64,000 nt of DNA from Bacteroidales bacterium. Lineage in GTDB: Bacteria; Bacteroidota; Bacteroidia; Bacteroidales; UBA932. This document shows positions 57,630-64,000 of the stretch, piece after piece. The stretch covers positions 1,068 to 65,067 of the forward strand of contig JAGCYX010000111.1 in NCBI GenBank assembly GCA_017960585.1, read 5' to 3'. The notes beneath the pieces were generated by a model. That model was not told the origin of the DNA and made no database searches. It was given only the letters and a program-made list of their open reading frames with translations. A program made the translations under genes and the position numbers. Positions within the stretch are counted from its first letter, which is position 1, and every line of letters begins with the position of its first letter.

Positions 57630-58028
57630 TCATTCTTCTGACTCCCAATCAACAATCTTCAGTGCCGGAATTCTATTGAAATGCTTGGCATTATGAGTTA
57701 CGATTGTTAGATCTTGCTCAAGAGCTGTTGCTGCTATGAACACATCCAAGCTATCGATTCTGCTTCCTTTCGTCACTAACTCAGCACGTAGTTGTGCGTA
57801 TCTATCAATTGCGGGCGATATAGGAAGTATGTTGAATGTCTTTTTCAGAAAATTGATTTCATGAGCGTGCTTTTCATAATCCCCCAGATAGGCTCCGGCA
57901 GTGATTTCAGCGAGTGTAATCTCGGATACCAAACAATTCTCAAACCCGACTTTTAAGATTTTCTCCCGGATAATCTGCTTTCCACGAAACATTGAAATCA
58001 GAACGTTCGTGTCCAAAAGATATTTCAT
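57630..58028 (-). CDS. vapC: PIN-domain toxin
   Basis: YLLDTN, SEITLAE, D.FIAATA, VTHN.KHF. Confidence 0.92.
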   Translation of the reverse strand: MKYLLDTNVLISMFRGKQIIREKILKVGFENCLVSEITLAEITAGAYLGDYEKHAHEINFLKKTFNILPISPAIDRYAQLRAELVTKGSRIDSLDVFIAATALEQDLTIVTHNAKHFNRIPALKIVDWESEE

Positions 58029-58291
58029 AATTCAACAACTTTTGAAGTTTTCCCTCTGGATGCCCGAATCTCCTTTTCGATTTCGTTCGTCTCCCGGGGA
58101 TCCTCGTACCATCCTCCTTTGGAGATTTCGGCAAACGGATCGTTTGTCGCACTGGTCAAGACAGCACGACCCGCAACGCAGCTGATCTCCAGCTTATCTT
58201 TCGCCGAAACCCCAAGCGCTCTTAGGATCTTTGCCGGAAGGATAATTCCGTTGCTATTTCCAATTTTGATGATGTTAACTGTTGCAGTCAT
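58025..58291 (-). CDS. vapB: AbrB/MazE-fold antitoxin
   Basis: IIKIGNSNGIILP; ATGA overlap with the toxin. Confidence 0.85.
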   Translation of the reverse strand: MTATVNIIKIGNSNGIILPAKILRALGVSAKDKLEISCVAGRAVLTSATNDPFAEISKGGWYEDPRETNEIEKEIRASRGKTSKVVEL

Positions 58292-58416
58292 AACTATATC
58301 GTTTTTGCAAATGTAATAACAATTTATCATAACCGCAATATGTTTTAACAAGATTCGTCTTTTTATTTCCGACGAATTATTCTTAATTTTGCTCGACAAG
58401 CACGGAAACGAGACCC

Positions 58417-61194
58417 ATGGCGGCAGACACCAAGCAGCGACAGGCGGCGCAGAATTTCGTCGAATACTGGACCGATAAAGGTTACGAAAAAGGGCAGAGC
58501 CAGCCTTTCTGGCTGTCCCTGCTCCGGGAGGTATTCGGCATCGCCGAACCGGAAAAGTTCATCTCCTTCGAAGACCAGGTCCACCTGGACAACACCAGTT
58601 TCATCGACGGCTACATCGACAGCACCCACGTGATGATCGAGCAGAAGAGTCTCGGCAAAGACCTCAACAAGCAGATCAAGCAGTCCAATGGCGCTTACCT
58701 CACCCCCTACGAGCAGGCCAAGCGCTATTCAATGGAACTCCCGTACTCCAAGCGTCCGCGCTGGATCGTCACCTCCAACTTCGAATCCTTCCTGGTCTAC
58801 GATATGGAGCACCCGGGCGTCGAGCCGCAGTTGATCCTCCTCAAGGATCTGCCGAACGAATATTGGCGCCTTTCCTTCCTTGTCGACGATTCCTCCGTCC
58901 ATATCAAGAAAGAAGTCGAGGTTTCCATGGCCGCCGGCCGCATCATCGGCGACATCTACGAAGCCTTCCTGAAAGAATATCGCAACCCCGATAACCCCCA
59001 GACCCTCCGCAGCCTCAACATCCTCTGCGTGCGCCTGGTGTTCTGCCTCTATGCCGAAGACGCCGGTCTCTTCTCCAGCCACTCCCAGTTCCATGACTAC
59101 CTCGTGCAATTCAAGGCTGGCACCGGCGAGATGCGCAAGGGCTTGCTGGAACTTTTCGACGTCCTCAACACCCCGCTCGACCAGCGCGACCCGTATCTCC
59201 CGGATGACCTGCAGGCCTTCCCGTATGTCAACGGCGGCCTGTTTGCAGAGCAGGGGATAGAAGTGCCGCGCTTCAACGAGCACATCGCCAACCTGCTCCT
59301 GCAGCACGCCAGTGACGACTTCGACTGGAGCGAAATCTCTCCGACCATCTTCGGCGGCGTCTTCGAGAGTACGCTGAATCCCGAGACCCGCCGTGCCGGA
59401 GGCATGCACTACACCTCCATCGAGAACATCCACAAGGTCATCGACCCGCTCTTCCTCGATGACTTGAAACAGGAACTGGACGAGATCAAGGCCATGCCCG
59501 TCGAGAAGAAGCGCATTGCCATGGCCCAGGCCTTCCAGGACAAACTAGCTTCGCTCAGATTCCTCGACCCGGCCTGCGGCTCCGGCAATTTCCTCACGGA
59601 GACCTTCCTCTCGCTGCGCCGCCTGGAGAACGAAGCCATCCGAATCATCTACAAAGGCCAGATGATGATCGGCGAGTTCGTCAACCCCATCAAGGTCTCC
59701 ATCCATCAGTTCTACGGCATCGAGATCAACGACTTCGCCGTGGCGGTAGCCATGACCGCCCTGTGGATCGCCGAGGCCCAGATGCTTTTCGAGACGGAGA
59801 AGATCATGCAGTTGAACCTGGACTTCCTGCCGCTGAAGAGCTATACCAATATCCATGAAGGGAATGCGTTGAGGATGGATTGGAATGAGGTGGTGCCGGC
59901 GAGTAAGCTGGACTACATTATGGGAAATCCGCCGTTTATTGGCGCTTCTATGATGACAGCCGAGCAAAAGAATGAAGCCGTCGCCATTTTTGGTAAAGGT
60001 AACCGGGTTAATAGTATTGACTATGTTGGTGCATGGTATTACAAGGCGGCATCAATGATTCAAGGCACAGACGTGAAGGTCGCCTTCGTATCCACAAATA
60101 GCATCACCCAAGGAGAACAGGTCGCCCCATTTTGGACTCCACTGCTCGAGCAGTACCAGGTCAATATCCTCTTTGCATATAGGACCTTTATTTGGGATAG
60201 TGAGGCTTCAGCCAAAGCTCATGTACATTGCGTAATCATCGGATTCCGGAGCGGCCAATCTGGACAAAAGAGAAGACTATTTGATGGGAGTCAGATCCAG
60301 GAGGCGTCGAATATCAATCCATACTTGATTGATGCGCCCAACGCGATTATCGGAACTCGCTCCAAGCCCCTCTGCAATGTCCCTAGCATTAGTTATGGGA
60401 ACAAGCCCTCTGATGGCGGCAATCTCATTCTTTCTGTGGAAGAGAAAGAGAGGCTATTAGCAGATGATCCAGATATGGAACCATATGTGCGGCGCTATGT
60501 AGGAGCTCGCGATTTTATCAATTCAGATGAAATCCGCTATTGTTTGTGGCTTAAGGGTGTTTCTCCTGCTATGTATAGAAAGAATGCGGAAGTAATGAGA
60601 CGTTTGCAGGCGGTCAAAGAAATGCGACTAAAAAGCACAGCTGCCCCCACAAGAGCATTAGCAGAAAGACCATATTTGTTTTTCTCTACCCCTCAGACCG
60701 AGAATCCTTATCTGTGCATACCGGAAGTTTCATCAGGCCGGCGAAAATATATACCTGTCGGGTTTATGCCCAATAGTATCATTGCTGCCAATACCGTCGT
60801 AATTGTCCCCGATGCAGAGATTTATCATTTTGGTGTCATCGATTCTATCGTTCACATGGCCTGGATGAGGGTTGTCTGCGGCCGACTCAAGTCTGATTAT
60901 CGTTATGCAGGAAGTGTGGTTTATAACAATTTCCCGTGGCCTTCACCTTCCGAGAATCAAAGGGCAAGAATAGAACAGACAGCACAGGCAATACTTGATG
61001 CTCGCGCCTTGTATCCTGATAGTAGTTTCGCTGACCTTTACGATGACCTTACGATGCCATACGAGTTACAGAAAGCCCACCGTGCCAACGATGCCGCCGT
61101 CCTGGAGGCCTACGGCTTCCGTAAGGATATGACTGAGCCGGAGATTGTGGCAGAATTGTTTAAGATGTACCAGAAGTTAACTGAAAACAGCTAG
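58417..61194 (+). CDS. MmeI-family type IIL restriction-modification enzyme
   Basis: ID..IEQKS nuclease, HYTS..NI, LDPACGSGNF, GNPPF, RLKSDYRY..YNNFPWP, LYD...MP..L.KAH. Confidence 0.92.
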   Translation: MAADTKQRQAAQNFVEYWTDKGYEKGQSQPFWLSLLREVFGIAEPEKFISFEDQVHLDNTSFIDGYIDSTHVMIEQKSLGKDLNKQIKQSNGAYLTPYEQAKRYSMELPYSKRPRWIVTSNFESFLVYDMEHPGVEPQLILLKDLPNEYWRLSFLVDDSSVHIKKEVEVSMAAGRIIGDIYEAFLKEYRNPDNPQTLRSLNILCVRLVFCLYAEDAGLFSSHSQFHDYLVQFKAGTGEMRKGLLELFDVLNTPLDQRDPYLPDDLQAFPYVNGGLFAEQGIEVPRFNEHIANLLLQHASDDFDWSEISPTIFGGVFESTLNPETRRAGGMHYTSIENIHKVIDPLFLDDLKQELDEIKAMPVEKKRIAMAQAFQDKLASLRFLDPACGSGNFLTETFLSLRRLENEAIRIIYKGQMMIGEFVNPIKVSIHQFYGIEINDFAVAVAMTALWIAEAQMLFETEKIMQLNLDFLPLKSYTNIHEGNALRMDWNEVVPASKLDYIMGNPPFIGASMMTAEQKNEAVAIFGKGNRVNSIDYVGAWYYKAASMIQGTDVKVAFVSTNSITQGEQVAPFWTPLLEQYQVNILFAYRTFIWDSEASAKAHVHCVIIGFRSGQSGQKRRLFDGSQIQEASNINPYLIDAPNAIIGTRSKPLCNVPSISYGNKPSDGGNLILSVEEKERLLADDPDMEPYVRRYVGARDFINSDEIRYCLWLKGVSPAMYRKNAEVMRRLQAVKEMRLKSTAAPTRALAERPYLFFSTPQTENPYLCIPEVSSGRRKYIPVGFMPNSIIAANTVVIVPDAEIYHFGVIDSIVHMAWMRVVCGRLKSDYRYAGSVVYNNFPWPSPSENQRARIEQTAQAILDARALYPDSSFADLYDDLTMPYELQKAHRANDAAVLEAYGFRKDMTEPEIVAELFKMYQKLTENS

Positions 61195-61198
61195 AAAT

Positions 61199-61858
61199 AT
61201 GAAAAAGATCATCCTTTTGGCGCTGCTGGTCGCGACGACCTGCGCCGCATGCGCCCAGCCGAAGAAGGTCTCCGTCCTCGGGGACTCCTATTCCACCTTC
61301 CAGGGATACAATCCCGAAGGTTATGCACCCTTCTATCCGGACGCCCATAACGACGTCAAGGAGGTGGACCAGACCTGGTGGAGCCTGTACATCAAGGCCA
61401 AGGGCTACCAGCTGGAACAGAACAACTCCTGGGGCGGCACCACCATCTGCGGCACCGGCTACTTCAAGCGGGACGCTTCCGCCTCTGCCTTCACCAGCCG
61501 CGTGGACCTGCTCGGCGAGCCTGATATCATCTTCCTGTTCGGCGGCACCAACGACGCCTGGGCCGGTTCCCCCGTGGGCGAGTATCAGTATTCCGACTGG
61601 ACCAAGGAGGACTGCATGTCCTTCCGCCCGGCCCTCGCCTGCCTGCTGGACGCCCTGCAGAAGCGCTACCCGAAGGCGAAGATCTACTCCATCCTAAACT
61701 CCGAGCTACGGGAAGAGATCAACGAATCCATGCGCGTCGTCTGCCAGCACTACGGCATCCAGCTCATCGAGCTCCACGACATCGAAAAGCAGAACGGCCA
61801 CCCCTCCGTCAGCGGCATGCAGAGCATCTGCGACCAGCTCCTGGAAGCCATCGACTGA
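61199..61858 (+). CDS. SGNH/GDSL hydrolase
   Basis: LGDSYS, GGTND, NGHP; signal peptide. Confidence 0.88.
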   Translation: MKKIILLALLVATTCAACAQPKKVSVLGDSYSTFQGYNPEGYAPFYPDAHNDVKEVDQTWWSLYIKAKGYQLEQNNSWGGTTICGTGYFKRDASASAFTSRVDLLGEPDIIFLFGGTNDAWAGSPVGEYQYSDWTKEDCMSFRPALACLLDALQKRYPKAKIYSILNSELREEINESMRVVCQHYGIQLIELHDIEKQNGHPSVSGMQSICDQLLEAID

Positions 61859-61870
61859 TCCCCCCGCTCC

Positions 61871-61950
61871 CCGTCCTCATTTTGGCCCTGTTTTGTGGAC
61901 GGAAGGGCAAACCGCGTTTCGTCCTCACCAGACGCCGTATTTGAGGATGG
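61871..61950. repeat. Doublet of 32-bp palindromic units
   Basis: CCGTCCTCA-N14-TGTGGACGG and TCGTCCTCA-N14-TGAGGATGG, 48-bp period. Confidence 0.6.
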
Positions 61951-61976
61951 CGGCGGTGGAAAGTGGCGAGAATAAT

Positions 61977-62010
61977 TGATCAGGCCCCGGATCGCTCCGG
62001 GGCCTGATCA
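61977..62010. terminator. Hairpin between convergent genes
   Basis: TGATCAGGCCCCGGA-TCGC-TCCGGGGCCTGATCA. Confidence 0.7.
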
Positions 62011-62022
62011 GCTTAGCTGTCT

Positions 62023-63495
62023 TTAATTACCTGTGTAGATAGGACGGATAGAGAATCCGAGGTAGCGTTTTTGGGACATCCTGCTGGGCTGGATGTTATT
62101 GGTATAGATATTCAGCGCTTCGTCAGGTCCTCCGCTATTCCAATGGGTCGAATTGATGGAAGAAGACCAGTAACGGCCCCCTTCACCCTCAGATATTGGA
62201 GACGTGATCTCGCGACAACCGGCGGCGGGAAGGAAGAGGGTGGCATGGGTGGAATTATACTCAATCTTCCAACCCTTGACAGTCGTCTCGTTGTATTTCG
62301 TAGTACTTCCGTCGCACCAAGTCCATGTATAGCCCGTATCAGGAGGCAAAGTTGAGGAGAATGTGGCTACTAAGTTTATAATATCAACATTACTCGGCAT
62401 TCGGAACATACCGCCCAGGGCCGCGTACGCTGCATCGTCCTCAAGCTGGAGCACGGTGAGCCCATCCGTGAAGCCTTCATCGCCATAAGCGGAGTCATTG
62501 CAGTATTTGGTAAGTTTAGTTCCTACGCCGTTGGCCCACAAATAATTATCCCAACCATAAGCGCTCTTTGGCTGGAGTTCGCCCCAGGCGTAGTAATTAC
62601 CATAATCCGTCTCGGAGGAAGCGCCCAGATTGCACTTGGCCCACTTCCCGACAGATCCCATATCGACATAAAGGTCGGAGGCGTTTTGCACCGTCCAGCC
62701 GCTGTCGCCAGTCAAGGAAGCAGGTAATTCGATATTGTACATATAACCGGCTGCAAGCGTCAGGCTCTTTGTATATGTATAGAGTTTCGTATCGCTGGCA
62801 AAAGTGAAGTTGTAGTTTGTTGATAAACCAGCGAGAGATAGCCGCCCGGCGAAGATGGCGCCGTCGCTATCGGCAATGCCGCTCAGGCGGGCGCCGGCCT
62901 GAAGTCTATTTCTATCGATCTTCCCGTCCAGACCTACGCTTGTGCAGGCAACCGGCACGACAAAAGGACAAGCGAATGTATAATCGGTTTGGGTTCCTTC
63001 AAGGCCTTTGACGTGGAACAGCGCGATGTCGTCGGGCTTCCTCAGCGAAAGCGTAACAGTCACGGTCGTGCCACTTACGGTGTAGGCTTTGTCGGTCTCA
63101 TAGAGATAGTAGTTATAGATAGGCTTGCTGTTTTTTGTAAAGGTGAACTTGTTATCAGAATAAGTCACCATCACGTTTTGAAAAGGAAAGTGTACTGCCG
63201 TAAGCTTTTTGGTTTCCAACCCATTGAAATCCTCCGCAGTAATTGTCTCTTTTCCGTACATGTAGGTCCAACTGCCACTACTGCGTTCCAGTATCAAAAA
63301 CTTGGTCGCCAGCCCGTGGAAGAACACATAAATCTGATCGCCGTCAGCCCAGGCGTCTTTCGCCGCCTTGGTCTCGGCCACGCTGATCTCGAAAGTCATC
63401 GGGGTATCAGCCGCGGGCTCCTGCGGCCCCTTCGGCTCTTTGGTGCAGGAGAGAATCCCTGCCACCACACAAAGAAGAATGATTGCCTTTTTCAT
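62023..63495 (-). CDS. Pilin-like lipoprotein with a C-terminal CLec-like domain
   Basis: ILSC lipobox; ETKA...WADGDQIYV; YVDMG...WAKCNLGA...YGNYYAWGE; LFLPAAG; YWSSS; R..GFSIRPI. Confidence 0.78.
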   Translation of the reverse strand: MKKAIILLCVVAGILSCTKEPKGPQEPAADTPMTFEISVAETKAAKDAWADGDQIYVFFHGLATKFLILERSSGSWTYMYGKETITAEDFNGLETKKLTAVHFPFQNVMVTYSDNKFTFTKNSKPIYNYYLYETDKAYTVSGTTVTVTLSLRKPDDIALFHVKGLEGTQTDYTFACPFVVPVACTSVGLDGKIDRNRLQAGARLSGIADSDGAIFAGRLSLAGLSTNYNFTFASDTKLYTYTKSLTLAAGYMYNIELPASLTGDSGWTVQNASDLYVDMGSVGKWAKCNLGASSETDYGNYYAWGELQPKSAYGWDNYLWANGVGTKLTKYCNDSAYGDEGFTDGLTVLQLEDDAAYAALGGMFRMPSNVDIINLVATFSSTLPPDTGYTWTWCDGSTTKYNETTVKGWKIEYNSTHATLFLPAAGCREITSPISEGEGGRYWSSSINSTHWNSGGPDEALNIYTNNIQPSRMSQKRYLGFSIRPIYTGN

Positions 63496-63508
63496 TTCTC
63501 TTCCTGTT

Positions 63509-63634
63509 TTAAATGTTCTGTCCGGGCCATTGGGGATAATCACCGCCACTTGCCTGAAGGATGAAACCTTCGGTTTTGATTTCGAGGACTTCCACCTCGG
63601 GTGCCTCATAGGGCTCATTGATTTGCAGTTCCAT
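63509..63634 (-). CDS. 41-aa peptide MELQINEPYEAPEVEVLEIKTEGFILQASGGDYPQWPGQNI
   Basis: Hand translation; 13 nt upstream of the lipoprotein; paralog of 45872-46009. Confidence 0.75.
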   Translation of the reverse strand: MELQINEPYEAPEVEVLEIKTEGFILQASGGDYPQWPGQNI

Positions 63635-63875
63635 ATAGTTACATGGGTTTATTCAAACACAAATAACCACGCAAGATTCCGTAGAATCTGCGTGGTAGAA
63701 ATATGCAAGTTGTTGATAACTAACTCATTCGTACCCCCCCCGTAATCGGGTGGGCGTGTTGCTGGGGTATGTCAGTCCTGAAGTTCAAGGTAAACACGCT
63801 CTAACCGAATACAATTATACGGATTTTCGCCCGATTCCGCAATAGAGGGCACTTCGTAAACGTTTAAGAAATCTG

Positions 63876-64000
63876 CAAATGGGACGAGACCTCGTACTGC
63901 GCAAGGCTGAAGAAAAATGGGGTGCCGGAGTCGTGGAACAGATCAGTCTGGATCTGCAGGCGGCTTTTCCGGAAGCAAAGGGGTTCAGCGTCACGAACCT
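63876..64000 (+). pseudogene. 5'-truncated DUF1016/YhcG-family nuclease gene (continues off the window)
   Basis: QMGRDLVLRKAEEKWGAGVVEQISLDLQAAFPEAKGFSVTNL; in-frame TAG at 63843, usual N-terminal helix missing. Confidence 0.65.

Noticed and set aside
62023-62200. Second lipoprotein C-terminus as a DGR variable region
   Set aside because: Mixed third positions and no adenine-free tail; lacks the NNY pattern seen at 44515-44645
1-64000. CRISPR array, rRNA, reverse transcriptase, transposase
   Set aside because: None recognised by eye

Overview
High-GC Bacteroidales-type chromosomal window, judged from SusC/SusD, TAnnTTTG promoters and many lipoproteins. Left to right it holds: a coiled-coil lipoprotein/OmpA pair, tRNA-Gly, a SusC-SusD-GH43 PUL with a kinase-less sensor regulator, two S9 peptidases, a TPR-LuxR regulator divergent from a solo cholesterol-dependent-cytolysin-like gene, a trpBEGDCFA operon with a WWW leader peptide, acn-gltA, pheS-yhhQ-queF with a preQ1-I riboswitch, a C69 peptidase, GH92 and alkaline phosphatase. 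From about 42.6 kb the region is accessory: an AlbA_2 gene bracketed by a duplicated phosphatase tail, two 'small peptide + pilin-like lipoprotein' cassettes (one ending in a DGR-variable-region-like segment), tRNA-Ser, a membrane AraC, an APH-like kinase/phosphatase cluster, a single-chain amino-acid ABC transporter operon, VapBC and an MmeI-type R-M enzyme. Best leads: (i) a shared palindromic box at identical promoter spacing in front of the OmpA/lipoprotein pair and the cytolysin-like gene; (ii) the unannotated peptide-pilin cassettes with AraC repeats, a G8 promoter tract and a candidate remote DGR target; (iii) palindromic repeat families inserted in frame into TrpC and GH92. All family calls are by-eye motif recognition; no searches were run.
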